A stretch of DNA of 64,000 nucleotides from Patescibacteria group bacterium (GTDB taxonomy: Bacteria; Patescibacteriota; Microgenomatia; Levybacterales; GWA1-39-11). The stretch is taken from positions 17,841 to 81,840 of the forward strand of contig DASZRG010000051.1 of the NCBI GenBank assembly GCA_035549295.1, in the 5' to 3' direction. The position numbers and the translations under genes were made by a program. Positions 19,950 through 30,059 of the stretch are shown here, in pieces (the first letter of the stretch is position 1; every line of letters begins with the position of its first letter). The notes beneath the pieces were generated by a model. It was not told the DNA's origin. It did not search any database and saw only the letters and a program-made list of their open reading frames with translations.

Positions 19950-20648
19950 ATGATAGGAATATGTAAAAATTGCAAGAAAAAATTTAAAAAACGGGAAAAA
20001 AAATACATATTTTGTTCTATCTCATGTTCGAATATCTTTCACAGGAATGGATTAATATCGATAAGAAAACCTCAAAAGAATTCTACCCTTGCTGAATTTT
20101 TAGGAATTTGCCTTGGCGATGGGTCAACACACAAATATCAAATAACCATCTCGCTGAATTCAATAGCCGATGCTGAATACATAAACTATGTCGTATCATT
20201 AGCGAAAAGGCTCTTTCCCAAAATAACCATTTCTATTGTTAAAAGAAAAGCAAATGTTATTGATATAAAAATCAACTCAAGTTTAGCGGCAACTTTCATG
20301 AAAGATATGGGAATCATACCAAATAATAAAACTGTACCAGCTTGGGTTTACAAGAGAAAAATATACAAGAAGCGTTGCGTCAGAGGGCTCGTAGACACCG
20401 AAGGTAGTATTTCGACAAAGAAATATTTAAACAAGAATGGCGAACAAGTTGAGTATAAACAACTTAATTTTAGAAATTATAATCCCGTCCTTATGAAATT
20501 CGTAAAAGACGTGCTTTCGGATCTAGATCTCAAACCTTCTGTTTCTCCAGTAAAGTCGCTTTATCTGAGTAACCCGAAAAGTATTAAGAATTATTTAAAA
20601 CACATTGGCTTTGGAAACCCTAAGCTGTTAAAAAAAGCCCTGGCCTAG
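19950..20648 (+). CDS. Free-standing LAGLIDADG endonuclease-like protein with N-terminal Cys cluster
   Basis: LAEFLGICLGDGS and CVRGLVDTEGSI; CKNC...CSISC. Confidence 0.8.
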   Translation: MIGICKNCKKKFKKREKKYIFCSISCSNIFHRNGLISIRKPQKNSTLAEFLGICLGDGSTHKYQITISLNSIADAEYINYVVSLAKRLFPKITISIVKRKANVIDIKINSSLAATFMKDMGIIPNNKTVPAWVYKRKIYKKRCVRGLVDTEGSISTKKYLNKNGEQVEYKQLNFRNYNPVLMKFVKDVLSDLDLKPSVSPVKSLYLSNPKSIKNYLKHIGFGNPKLLKKALA

Positions 20649-21985
20649 CTGGGGTCGAACATGGATGGTGGGAGGTTTTCGCCGTTTATAATCTTTGATA
20701 TTTTCTCACCGCCTACAATTGATGTTAAGAATCCTACTCCATTGCACCCTAGGTTATAAAGAATGGTTGGGAAATCAGGATCTCGACCTACCCATCGTGT
20801 CCCCGACGGCGTATAACCCATAAGTCCATGCCACAGATAATCAAACCCTTTTATTTCTTTTCCAAATGCTCTTAACAAAAAATCTCGATAGATACTTGGA
20901 ATACCTTCAGGAATTTGCTGGTTCTCGTCATATACTTCTTCTTTTGACAAAGTTTTTTCAGGACCTCCGAGCACAGCCAGCGATCCCTTATTTTCAAAAC
21001 CGGGGACGTGATGATAGTAAAAATACGGTGTATCTTTGTAAGTTCCTCGATCATCAAACAATGCAGATGTTTGAGCTGACACATCCATATCTAAAAATCC
21101 ACCAGCATATCCTAGAATTCTTTCAATATCATCTTTAATCTTTGTCAATTTCTTATTCTTTTTCTTGTCGATAATTTCCGGCCCCAGATATCCATTCGTG
21201 CAAAGAACTATTTCATCAGCAATAACTTTTCCGGAATCTGAAATGAGAATATTTTTCGAATCTTCTATTTCAACTTTTGTTATTTCCGAATTTTCAAAAA
21301 CAGAGAAGCGATTTGCATATTTTTCTAAAAGATACTTTATCAAATCGATACATAGGCGAGCAGAATTTATTCTTGTTTTTTTTGTCGATCTGCCAGTTGG
21401 AATTGCTGCTGCAATATATCCTTCATCTTTTAATCCAAATCTACCAAGAAGTTCTTCGCGCGGAACAATCTTTACAAACTTTTTAATGCTATCAGGAATT
21501 TCGATGTTAAGGTTCTCTTTTGAAACTAAATATTCCCACCCACCACGACCAAGACTTTCGTTAGCTGATTCTTCTTCGGCTGAATTGAAAAAATGCTGCA
21601 ACGATGTAAATACTTCTCCGCCCCCTTCAATAAAATTTACTGGCCCGGCTCCAACCGCATTCGACATTTCGTCAATCAGGTCCCATCCGCTGTCTATTTC
21701 TCGATAACCATTCTTTGTCTTTTCGAATCCTTGCTCAGCTATTAAGTCTTGCGAAACTTTCTCAAGCCAATTTATCGCAAAACCCGCGTTGTGCCCCGTT
21801 GCGCCTGATGCAATTTTACCTTTTTCAAGAAGTACAACTTTTTTGTCGGTATTTTTTAGAAGAAAATAAAGAGTCGAAACACCCGCGATACCACCACCAA
21901 TAATTGCCACATCGAAATTCTGCTCGCCTGAAAGACTCGAGAAAGAAGGCCTATCAAAATCAAGCCAAGGAGAATGATTGTTCAT
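20645..21985 (-). CDS. FAD-dependent oxidoreductase (DAO/PuuB-like)
   Basis: DVAIIGGGIAG, GATGHNAG, LCTNGY, WHGLMGYT, GCNGVG; start ATG 21985 follows a TATAAT. Confidence 0.85.
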   Translation of the reverse strand: MNNHSPWLDFDRPSFSSLSGEQNFDVAIIGGGIAGVSTLYFLLKNTDKKVVLLEKGKIASGATGHNAGFAINWLEKVSQDLIAEQGFEKTKNGYREIDSGWDLIDEMSNAVGAGPVNFIEGGGEVFTSLQHFFNSAEEESANESLGRGGWEYLVSKENLNIEIPDSIKKFVKIVPREELLGRFGLKDEGYIAAAIPTGRSTKKTRINSARLCIDLIKYLLEKYANRFSVFENSEITKVEIEDSKNILISDSGKVIADEIVLCTNGYLGPEIIDKKKNKKLTKIKDDIERILGYAGGFLDMDVSAQTSALFDDRGTYKDTPYFYYHHVPGFENKGSLAVLGGPEKTLSKEEVYDENQQIPEGIPSIYRDFLLRAFGKEIKGFDYLWHGLMGYTPSGTRWVGRDPDFPTILYNLGCNGVGFLTSIVGGEKISKIINGENLPPSMFDPS

Positions 21986-22004
21986 GGATATTATTATATC
22001 CGTC

Positions 22005-22036
22005 CCGCCTTCGTTAAAACTTCGGCGAGGCAAGGG
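22005..22036 (+). repeat. Palindromic element of the same family abutting the tRNA-Ser(GCU) 3' end
   Basis: CCGCC TTCG TTAAAA CTT CGGCG AGGCAAG. Confidence 0.65.
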
Positions 22037-22122
22037 CGGAGGAGACAGGATTCGAACCTGCGCGAGTCTTTCGACTCAGGAATTTAGCAAACTCCCTCAG
22101 TGGGCCACTGTGACACTCCTCC
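22037..22122 (-). tRNA. tRNA-Ser(GCU)
   Basis: GGAGGAG/CTCCTCC acceptor, GGAGT-TT GCT AA-ATTCC, variable arm GAGTC-GAAA-GACTC, GTTCGAATC. Confidence 0.93.
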
Positions 22123-22194
22123 AAATATCGGTTACTATTATACCAGAGGCACGAGACTATTTGAATCTGTAGAGATTGCGAATTTAAGAATCCG

Positions 22195-22257
22195 CTTACC
22201 CTCACCCCAACCCTCTCCCGACGGGAGAGGGAGACCAAGGTTTTAGGTTATTACCAA
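22195..22257 (+). repeat. CCCTCTCC-hairpin element with CAAGGTTTTAGGTTATTACCA tail, copy 1
   Basis: ccctctcccg-a-cgggagaggg followed by the tail; near-identical copies at 25154 and 48722. Confidence 0.8.
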
Positions 22258-22315
22258 ACACATAGGTGAGGCTAATTTGGTTGATGATAGCTATGGGGTG
22301 TGGTATTATTTAAGC

Positions 22316-22714
22316 ATGTCAGAGGGCAATCAAGATCTACAGCACAAGATTACAAGTATTGGTAATATCGGAGAAAGAATCGCCAAGAAGCTTCCCATTG
22401 TAGATTCGGCCGAGCAGGCCGAAGAGAAAAGAGTCGCAGCCCTCGAAAATTCAATCTCAAACAGCACACAGTCAGCAACTGTAACTGGGCAGGCACAATC
22501 TGAAGCCGTTCCAAAACCCATTGACTCAGCGACACCTGCAACTCAGCAAGAATCAGAACCTTCGTCGCGCGACACTCATGACTCTAAGTATTTAGGGGGT
22601 GTGTTTAAACGACGCCTAGAAGAACGAGAAGAACATCAGCAAAAATTTCCTAACCATGCAGCACCAAATCAACCAAAACCAACCGAGCCAGAGGAGGTAG
22701 ACCGTGCCGCTTGA
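22316..22714 (+). CDS. Disordered hypothetical protein coupled to the VirD4-like gene
   Basis: TGgTATTAT 6 nt before ATG 22316; Q/E/P/S-rich; overlaps the next start. Confidence 0.6.
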   Translation: MSEGNQDLQHKITSIGNIGERIAKKLPIVDSAEQAEEKRVAALENSISNSTQSATVTGQAQSEAVPKPIDSATPATQQESEPSSRDTHDSKYLGGVFKRRLEEREEHQQKFPNHAAPNQPKPTEPEEVDRAA

Positions 22715-25124
22715 TAATTTCACACAAAATTTACTAAATATCATTTTTGTTTTCTTGACCGCGTTCATTTTAGCTTCCATTGTTATTGCTTGCGTAGTTG
22801 GAATCGCTCTTGCAATAGCTTTTTGGAAGAAAAATAAAACGCGTCACGAAAGGTCGCTTGACTCATCGCTTCTTGAGGTCTCGCTTCCCCGCGAAAACGA
22901 AATAAAAATTGACGCGGCAGAACAGCTCTTCTCAAGCCTTACATCGATAAAAGACGTTAAAGGGATGTTTTCTTTTTTGAAATTCCCCGACAGCATTTCA
23001 TTTGAAATTGTTGCGAAGCCACAAGATATAAGATTTTATGTCGGCGTACCAAACAAGCTCCGAGACATGGTCGAAAAACAAATTCACGGCGCATACCCAG
23101 ATGCACAAATTCTTGAAGTTGAAGACTACAATCTATTTGAGTCTCCAGGAAAGGTGGCTTATGCCTCACTTAAAATGGAGAAATCACACTATCTTCCTCT
23201 AAAGACTTACCGAGAACTTCCAATTGACCCACTTTCGTCAATCACAAGTACGATGGGGAAAATGACAGAAGGCGAGGCAGCGGCTATTCAAATACTTATA
23301 ACGCCAGTCGGAAGCAAATGGAAAAAGGCGGGTCGAGAATATATAACAACAACCAAAAAGCGTGAAGCAAATCCTGAAACTGCAAAATATTCAGTTGATC
23401 AAAAAGAACTTGAGGCAATAGAGCAAAAAATAACAAAACCTGGTTTTAACGCCTATATCAGACTTCTTGTTGCCTCATCAACAAAAGAATCGGCTGAGTC
23501 GCATCTCACAAATCTAGAAGGAGCATTCAACCAATTCTCATCATACAATTCTCTTGAGAAAGAAAAAAATCATTTCTTTCAGGGGATGGCAATCGTCGAT
23601 TTTATTTATCGACAGGTCCCGCTTATTCCAAAAACTCTCGGAGTATTTACAACTGAGGAGCTTGCGACGATTTTTCATTTTCCAAATAAAACAGTTGAGA
23701 CGCCAAGTGTACATTGGCTCGCAGCGCGTGTCGCGCCAGCCCCAGCAAATCTTCCAACATCTGGTCTTTATATAGGAAAAAGTGTTTATCGAGGTCAGGC
23801 GCGCCCGGTATACATCGAAGAAGATGACCGACGTCGACATATGTATATAATAGGTAAGACAGGTGTGGGAAAATCCGAATTCCTAAAGGACATGATTCTT
23901 CAGGATATACGCGCTGGTCGCGGACTCTGCTTCATAGATCCTCATGACACAATAGACATGATACTTCCGCTCATTCCGCCTGAGCGCGCCGAAGACGTAA
24001 TACTTTTTGATCCATCGGATACCGAACGTCCTCTTGGTGTTAACTTTTTGGATGCAGATACTGAGGAGCAGAAAGATCTTATCTGCTCATCCATCATAGG
24101 ACTCATGTATAAGCTTTATGATCCTAACAAAACAGGTATTATCGGACCGCGTTTTGAACACGCGATTCGAAATGCAATGTTGACTGTTATGACTGAGAAA
24201 GGAAATACTTTCGTCGAAGTTGTCCGCGTACTCACAGACTCTTCCTTTGTTCAAGAACTGTTGCCGAAAATTCAGGATCCGATGGTAAGGCGTTACTGGA
24301 CTGATCAGATTGCACAGACATCAGACTTTCACAAGTCAGAAGTCTTGGACTACATCGTTTCAAAATTTGGACGATTCGTTACAAATCGCATGGTAAGAAA
24401 TATCATTGGACAGAGTCAGTCAGCATTTAACTTCCGTGGTGCGATGGATGAAGGGAAGATTGTCTTTATTTCACTTGCCAAAGGAAAAATCGGAGAAGAT
24501 AACGCCTCTTTCTTGGGTCTTATTTTGGTCCCAAGAATTCTTGCTGCCGCTATGAGTCGACAGGATATACCACAAGATCAAAGACGAGACTTCTATCTGT
24601 ATGTTGATGAGTTCCAAAATTTCGCAACACCTGACTTTGGACAAATTCTTTCAGAGGCAAGAAAATATAGACTTAATCTTATCGTCGCAAATCAATTCAT
24701 CGGACAGATAGAGGAGGATGTTAAGAATGCAATTTTTGGAAACGCTGGAACTATCATGTCGTTCAGGGTCGGTGTATCTGACGCGAACTACTTGCAGCAC
24801 GAGTTCCAACCTGTATTTAATGAGGCGGATCTTATCAACGTCGAACGCTTCCACTGCTATATCAAAACTCTTATCGGAGGAGAACCCACCAATCCATTTT
24901 CACTCGATATGACGCGAGATCTCGCAGAGGAGAAAAAGCGCGAAAATCCGCGAGCTGCAGAGCTCATCCGTGAATTGTCGCGTCTCAAATATGGTCGTCC
25001 GAGAGATCTAGTCGAAGCAGAAATCGCAAAACGCTCACGACTTTTTGAAGTCCTCGGCGACCTACAAAGCAACCCAGAAATCGGCGGTTCCGAAGGACGA
25101 CTCGGCCCTGGCGGCAGTATCTAA
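22704..25124 (+). CDS. VirD4/TraG-like type IV coupling ATPase (TrwB/HerA fold)
   Basis: N-terminal TM, RRHMYIIGKTGVGKS, FIDPH, LYVDEFQNF, LSEARKY, ANQFIGQI. Confidence 0.85.
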   Translation: MPLDNFTQNLLNIIFVFLTAFILASIVIACVVGIALAIAFWKKNKTRHERSLDSSLLEVSLPRENEIKIDAAEQLFSSLTSIKDVKGMFSFLKFPDSISFEIVAKPQDIRFYVGVPNKLRDMVEKQIHGAYPDAQILEVEDYNLFESPGKVAYASLKMEKSHYLPLKTYRELPIDPLSSITSTMGKMTEGEAAAIQILITPVGSKWKKAGREYITTTKKREANPETAKYSVDQKELEAIEQKITKPGFNAYIRLLVASSTKESAESHLTNLEGAFNQFSSYNSLEKEKNHFFQGMAIVDFIYRQVPLIPKTLGVFTTEELATIFHFPNKTVETPSVHWLAARVAPAPANLPTSGLYIGKSVYRGQARPVYIEEDDRRRHMYIIGKTGVGKSEFLKDMILQDIRAGRGLCFIDPHDTIDMILPLIPPERAEDVILFDPSDTERPLGVNFLDADTEEQKDLICSSIIGLMYKLYDPNKTGIIGPRFEHAIRNAMLTVMTEKGNTFVEVVRVLTDSSFVQELLPKIQDPMVRRYWTDQIAQTSDFHKSEVLDYIVSKFGRFVTNRMVRNIIGQSQSAFNFRGAMDEGKIVFISLAKGKIGEDNASFLGLILVPRILAAAMSRQDIPQDQRRDFYLYVDEFQNFATPDFGQILSEARKYRLNLIVANQFIGQIEEDVKNAIFGNAGTIMSFRVGVSDANYLQHEFQPVFNEADLINVERFHCYIKTLIGGEPTNPFSLDMTRDLAEEKKRENPRAAELIRELSRLKYGRPRDLVEAEIAKRSRLFEVLGDLQSNPEIGGSEGRLGPGGSI

Positions 25125-25144
25125 AAGGGTATCAAGAGTATCAA
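25125..25144 (+). repeat. 9-mer family AAGRGTATC, copy 2
   Basis: aagggtatc aagagtatc, immediately after the stop codon. Confidence 0.7.
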
Positions 25145-25153
25145 ACAAATCAC

Positions 25154-25214
25154 CTTACCTCACCCCTCCCTCTCCTAACAGGAGAGGGAGATCAAGGTTT
25201 TAGGTTATTACCAA
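25154..25214 (+). repeat. CCCTCTCC-hairpin element with conserved tail, copy 2
   Basis: ctccctctcct-aac-aggagagggag followed by atcaaggttttaggttattaccaa. Confidence 0.8.
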
Positions 25215-25312
25215 AAACTAGGGGTATCACGAGCTGATGCGAACAACTACTACAATTTCGGCGCTTCAAGTTTAGCCTCCTTATTGATATAATAGACGAA
25301 CTTTCAAGAAGC

Positions 25313-25350
25313 GGCTTGCCCTAAGGAGGGTTTAAGCCCGACGAAGGGGC
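25313..25350 (-). repeat. Palindromic element of the tRNA-abutting family in the 5' leader of the UAU tRNA
   Basis: Minus strand GCCCC TTCG TCGGGCTTAAACCCTC CTT AGGG CAAGCC. Confidence 0.5.
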
Positions 25351-25419
25351 GTGTAGCTCAGTTGGTAGAGCGGGTGTCTTATACACACCTGGTCATAGGT
25401 TCGAGTCCTATCGCGCCCA
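25347..25419 (+). tRNA. tRNA with UAU anticodon (tRNA-Ile(UAU))
   Basis: GGGCGTG/CGCGCCC acceptor, GCTC/GAGC D-stem, GGTGT-CT TAT AC-ACACC, ATAGG-TTCGAGT-CCTAT, A73; CCA not encoded. Confidence 0.9.
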
Positions 25420-25470
25420 CTCCTACGCCTCTGACTCTCGGATGTTATTTGCTATAATTTAAATACTCTG

Positions 25471-27219
25471 ATGAGAAAGTTCTTCCTGTTGTTTGTATTG
25501 GGTTTGTTAGTAATCATTAAGCTGCTAATCGCACCTCAAGTTTTCTCAGATGAGTTAGATGACATCAACAAACAATTATCAGATCTTCAATCGCAATTAA
25601 CCGCTTCTCAAAAAGCAACCGCCCCACTTGAATCACAACTCAACAATCTCCAGTCACAGCTCAAGGGAATTGAAGACAGAGTTGCAAGTATTGAGGTCGA
25701 TCTTGCACAAAAGAAAAAATATATAGATAGCGGCTACAAAGATCTTGAAAAAAACAAAGAAATTTTTAACAGATCTGTTAGAAATTATTATATAAAAAGC
25801 TATCTAATCTCTCCTCTTATCGTTTTTATATCAAGCGCTGATGCTGGATATATAACACGAGCTATTGTGTATCAACAAAAAGGATCAGATCAGGACCGAG
25901 ATACAATAACAAATCTTGCTTTAAAGATTGTTGACCTTGAGACACAGCAAAAAGAACTTATCGCAGAACAGGAGAAATTGGCATCTGCAAAAGTCACTTT
26001 GTCTAGCGAGAAAGATCAAATAGACAAAGTTGTTCGGGGCGCAAAACAATATCAGGCAAGCTTAACCTCCCAAATAGCTGAACTGTCAGCTAAGCAACAA
26101 CAAATTCTGTCCCAAAGACTCGCATCGTTAAATATTCCTCTATCCGCCTATGCCGGTCTTGGTGGTGGGTGCTCAAGCGATCTGACGAATGGTAAGAATC
26201 CAGGTTTTTCGCCTAGGATCGGGTTCTTTTCGTACGGCGTCCCCAATAGAGTTGGTCTCAATCAGTATGGCGCAAAAGGTCGTGCCGATGCTGGACAAAA
26301 TTATACACAAATACTAAATGCTTATTACAGCGCCGATATCTCATCGGGTCAATCTACTTCAACAAATATTCATGTTGTCGGAACAAATGAATATGGGCAG
26401 AGCTTTGATACAAACTGGAATATCGAAGATTATGTAAAGCATGTTTATGAAATGCCCACCACCTGGAATCCAGAAGCACTAAAAGCGCAGGCTATTGCAG
26501 CCAGATCGTACGCTCTTGCTTATACCAATAATGGGTCGGGGAATATTTGCCCCAGCCAGTCATGTCAGGTTGTAAAGCAAGAACAAAACTCACAAGCGTG
26601 GGTAGACGCAGTAAACGCGACAGCAGGTCAAGTCTTAACATCAGGCGGACAACCTATCAAGGCCTGGTTCTCATCAACACACGGCGGGTACGTTCACTCA
26701 TCTTCCGATATTGGATGGTCTGCAACATCCTACACTAAAAATGCGCAGGACACGACGAGTAATGTTGGAAGTTTTTCCGATCTTCAGAACAATGCCTATG
26801 ATAAAAGCTCACCTTGGTTCTACTGCGATTGGGGATCTAGAGGAAATTATGGCGGAACGGCATGGCTTCAATCTGGTGAAGTTGCCGATATTGTTAACAT
26901 TATTCTTCTTGCTAAAGCCGACTCGTCAACCAGCGAACATCTCTACCAGACCGACAAACCAAACCCTGCAGGAACTGACACTTGGGATGCAAATCGTGTG
27001 CGACAAGAGCTCCAAAGCCGAGGAATAACTGGCTACAATAGCGTTTCAGACATAACGGTTTCAGTTGATTTTGGAAGCGGAAAAACAAACTCCGTGAACG
27101 TAAATGGCGATGCCGGATCACACAGTTTTGATGCTGGAGAATTTAAAAATTGGTTTAATCTGAGAGCACCAGCTAATATTCAGATCGTCGGCCCTCTATT
27201 CAACATCGAGAAACAGTAG
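25471..27219 (+). CDS. Secreted coiled-coil plus SpoIID/LytB-domain peptidoglycan hydrolase
   Basis: Signal peptide, long coiled coil, GLNQYGAKGRA, EMP..W..EALKAQAIAARSYA. Confidence 0.85.
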   Translation: MRKFFLLFVLGLLVIIKLLIAPQVFSDELDDINKQLSDLQSQLTASQKATAPLESQLNNLQSQLKGIEDRVASIEVDLAQKKKYIDSGYKDLEKNKEIFNRSVRNYYIKSYLISPLIVFISSADAGYITRAIVYQQKGSDQDRDTITNLALKIVDLETQQKELIAEQEKLASAKVTLSSEKDQIDKVVRGAKQYQASLTSQIAELSAKQQQILSQRLASLNIPLSAYAGLGGGCSSDLTNGKNPGFSPRIGFFSYGVPNRVGLNQYGAKGRADAGQNYTQILNAYYSADISSGQSTSTNIHVVGTNEYGQSFDTNWNIEDYVKHVYEMPTTWNPEALKAQAIAARSYALAYTNNGSGNICPSQSCQVVKQEQNSQAWVDAVNATAGQVLTSGGQPIKAWFSSTHGGYVHSSSDIGWSATSYTKNAQDTTSNVGSFSDLQNNAYDKSSPWFYCDWGSRGNYGGTAWLQSGEVADIVNIILLAKADSSTSEHLYQTDKPNPAGTDTWDANRVRQELQSRGITGYNSVSDITVSVDFGSGKTNSVNVNGDAGSHSFDAGEFKNWFNLRAPANIQIVGPLFNIEKQ

Positions 27220-27224
27220 AAATA

Positions 27225-27246
27225 AAGAGTATCAAAGGTATCAGGG
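27225..27246 (+). repeat. 9-mer family AAGRGTATC, copy 3
   Basis: aagagtatc aaaggtatc aggg, just after the stop codon. Confidence 0.65.
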
Positions 27247-27291
27247 CGTCGTTTGTTTTCGGACTCAGGTCTAGGGTATAATTAAGGCTAA

Positions 27292-27951
27292 ATGCCGGAC
27301 AATGACTTACAGGGCGAATTCGTAATCAACAATAACAAGCTTGAAGAAGAAGCAGAAACGCCTGTTGCTGAAAAAGTGGCAGCAGACGCTCCGCCTCACG
27401 CAGGCGGAAAACTTCATTTCTTTTCAAATTTTTGTATAAATCCTCAAAACCTGATTTTCGAAGAGCAGGTTGCCGACGAACAAATAGTTCTACTCATAAG
27501 ACGAGACCTAATAACAAACTTCCCTTGGATATTTGCAACGGCGGTTCTCATTATCATTCCTATCCTGATCAGAATGTTTTCATTTTTATTTACTCCCTTT
27601 TTCGTTATTTCAGATGGCACACTTCAAATCGCAGTGCTTTTTTACTACTTAATTGTAATTGGATTTGTACTCGTACAATTTACTCTCTGGTATTTTAATG
27701 TGGGACTTGTTACAACAAGGAGAATAATAGATTTTAATATCGCAGGAATACTTTACAAACAAATAAGCGAGACCAAAATCAACCTAGTAGAAGATGTTTC
27801 CTATTCTCAAAACGGTGCAGTAAGATCTGTTTTTGATTATGGCGATGTCCTCATACAAACCGCCGCGACGCTTGAGAATTTTGAATTCGACAGAGTTCCA
27901 TCACCTGTAAAAATAGTCAAGATAATCGCTGATATGATCGGAGAGAAATAG
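27292..27951 (+). CDS. Membrane protein with bacterial PH domain
   Basis: 2 TM, WYFNVGLVTTRRIID, FDYGDVLIQTA. Confidence 0.7.
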   Translation: MPDNDLQGEFVINNNKLEEEAETPVAEKVAADAPPHAGGKLHFFSNFCINPQNLIFEEQVADEQIVLLIRRDLITNFPWIFATAVLIIIPILIRMFSFLFTPFFVISDGTLQIAVLFYYLIVIGFVLVQFTLWYFNVGLVTTRRIIDFNIAGILYKQISETKINLVEDVSYSQNGAVRSVFDYGDVLIQTAATLENFEFDRVPSPVKIVKIIADMIGEK

Positions 27952-27952
27952 T

Positions 27953-28186
27953 ATGGATCTTTCATTTTTTATGAATCTGCTCGCAAGTCAAGATTTTCTT
28001 GTAAGAATCGGCCTCATAATCGGTATTTCTTTTTATGGCCTTTTTGCACTAATCGTTGCAATTCAAATAAATAATTTAAATCGTGCCCTTAATCAAGTGG
28101 GATTTTCTTTTATCTTTAATGTAATTGCAGTTGTCCACATGCTGGCTACTATTGCGCTCTTGATCTTGGCCGTGTTATCCTTATAA
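27953..28186 (+). CDS. Small 2-TM protein (DUF5657-like)
   Basis: FYGLFALIVAIQINNL pattern; operonic spacing of 1 nt. Confidence 0.55.
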   Translation: MDLSFFMNLLASQDFLVRIGLIIGISFYGLFALIVAIQINNLNRALNQVGFSFIFNVIAVVHMLATIALLILAVLSL

Positions 28187-28187
28187 T

Positions 28188-30002
28188 ATGGAGGCAAACA
28201 TTCTGCTCTCAAAAGTTGTCTCAAATCCGACCGACACTGCATGGGCTCAGGCCTATTCAACACTCAATTTATATATCGTTCTCAGCGTAAAATCCGACGC
28301 GACAGAAGAAATTGCCGCGTCGGGTAAAGAACTACTTGAAAAAATTCAAAGAGAATATTTCTCTCAAGACGAAAAAAATCTTGAAAATATACGCGAGAGC
28401 GTTGAGAATGCAATCGCCGAAATTGAAAATCTTGAGAATATCTCAATCGCTCTCGTAACCATCAAAGGAGAAGTCCTTTATATTATCACTGTATCCGCAG
28501 CGCAAGTAGTTTTGAAGAGAGATGGAAAACTTGGTGTAATCGCCGAGGGAGAAGTAGGAAAAATTGAAGCATTTTCAGGAAAAATAAAATCAGACGATAT
28601 AGTGATTGTTGAAACCGGAGACTTCTCTCAAAAACTTCCAGTTGCCAAACTGTCGCCAATTGTTGACGACCTTGAGATAACTGAGCTTTCGGAGAATTTA
28701 GCGCCAATCATTCATAACGAAGCGCTTGGTAGCGAAGCAGCGATTATCCTGCAATACAAGAAGCTCGGACAGCAGGAAGAACCATCAGCAGAAACTGATC
28801 CAGCTGAAGAAGCAAAAGAGGATGAAAAAGATGACACCGAGGAAACAAAGATCACCGAAAAAGAAAATAAGAAAGATAAGGAAGATGAACTCTTTGATGA
28901 ACCAAAAGATAAAAAGATGAAAATAAATATGCCAACTATTGGAGCGCCAAAATTTGGCTCCAAAAAGATAATTTTTGTTGTCATTTTGATATTGGTAATT
29001 ATTCTTATTGGAAGCATAATGTATGAGAAAAAGAATCAAGAAACAGCAAAGGAGAACCTAATCCTAACCGACATACTAGATCCTGCACAGAAAAAATTTG
29101 ACGAAGCAAACGCGCTTGCGTCGCTTAACAAGGGGCTTGCGCTAGATGAGTTTACAGACCTTAAAAAAGACGTATCTGACTCAGAAAGCAAACTTCCGGC
29201 CGGAAGCGCCGCCCGACAAAAACTTGACGAATTTATAGGAAAAATTGAAAGCAAAATAGGCGATCTTGGTGCCGGAGCAACACTCGCAAATCAGAAAGTT
29301 ATCTATGATAAAGGTGCTGATCTTGTTTGGTTTGACAAAGACATATTTGTTGCGAAGTCAGACGGAACGATAAACACGCTATCAGAAGACGGAACTTCTC
29401 AATCTGATGCGTCATCAAAAAACAATAACGTAAAATCTGAAACGTCTGATGATGACTCAATATATCTTCTAGGTGACAGTGGTGTTACAAAAACAGATAA
29501 AAAATCGGGCAAGACAACAGTTGCCATAAAAGATATTTCTGATACAAGCGTTATAAATACCTTTGGTCCAAATCTATACGGCCTTAATACGAAAACTAAA
29601 ACCATCGATAAGTATGCCGGTGTCGCATCTCCAAGAAGTGACTATTTCAAGCAAAGCGTTACCCTTACCGATCCCTCGGGCATGGCAATCGATGGATCAA
29701 TTTGGATAGTTGATGCCGGAAAAATCAGAAAATTTACGAAAGGGACTGAGGATACATTTACCGTCACCGGCATCACAAAAGATATCGGATCAAATGCTCA
29801 AATATTTACATCTTCAGATGACACTAATATTTATGTTCTCGACCCGACAAGCACGAGAATACTTTCAATCGCAAAAAGCGGTGAAGTAAAAAATCAATAT
29901 GTCTCAAAAGATCTTGCAAATGCAACCTCATTTACTGTAGACGAGGGGAATAAGAAGATATTCGTAGTTATCTCCGGTAAACTGTATTCCTTTGACATGT
30001 AA
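28188..30002 (+). CDS. Bitopic protein: degenerate PP2C-like N-domain, acidic linker, TM, C-terminal beta-propeller
   Basis: VVLKRDGKL...SGKIKSDDIVIV; TM IIFVVILILVIILIG; MAIDGSIWIV and IYVLDP blade repeats. Confidence 0.6.
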   Translation: MEANILLSKVVSNPTDTAWAQAYSTLNLYIVLSVKSDATEEIAASGKELLEKIQREYFSQDEKNLENIRESVENAIAEIENLENISIALVTIKGEVLYIITVSAAQVVLKRDGKLGVIAEGEVGKIEAFSGKIKSDDIVIVETGDFSQKLPVAKLSPIVDDLEITELSENLAPIIHNEALGSEAAIILQYKKLGQQEEPSAETDPAEEAKEDEKDDTEETKITEKENKKDKEDELFDEPKDKKMKINMPTIGAPKFGSKKIIFVVILILVIILIGSIMYEKKNQETAKENLILTDILDPAQKKFDEANALASLNKGLALDEFTDLKKDVSDSESKLPAGSAARQKLDEFIGKIESKIGDLGAGATLANQKVIYDKGADLVWFDKDIFVAKSDGTINTLSEDGTSQSDASSKNNNVKSETSDDDSIYLLGDSGVTKTDKKSGKTTVAIKDISDTSVINTFGPNLYGLNTKTKTIDKYAGVASPRSDYFKQSVTLTDPSGMAIDGSIWIVDAGKIRKFTKGTEDTFTVTGITKDIGSNAQIFTSSDDTNIYVLDPTSTRILSIAKSGEVKNQYVSKDLANATSFTVDEGNKKIFVVISGKLYSFDM

Positions 30003-30059
30003 CAGGTTGACGTGTTTGCGAGTTAACGTGTTAACGAGTTGATGCGCTATAATATCCTC

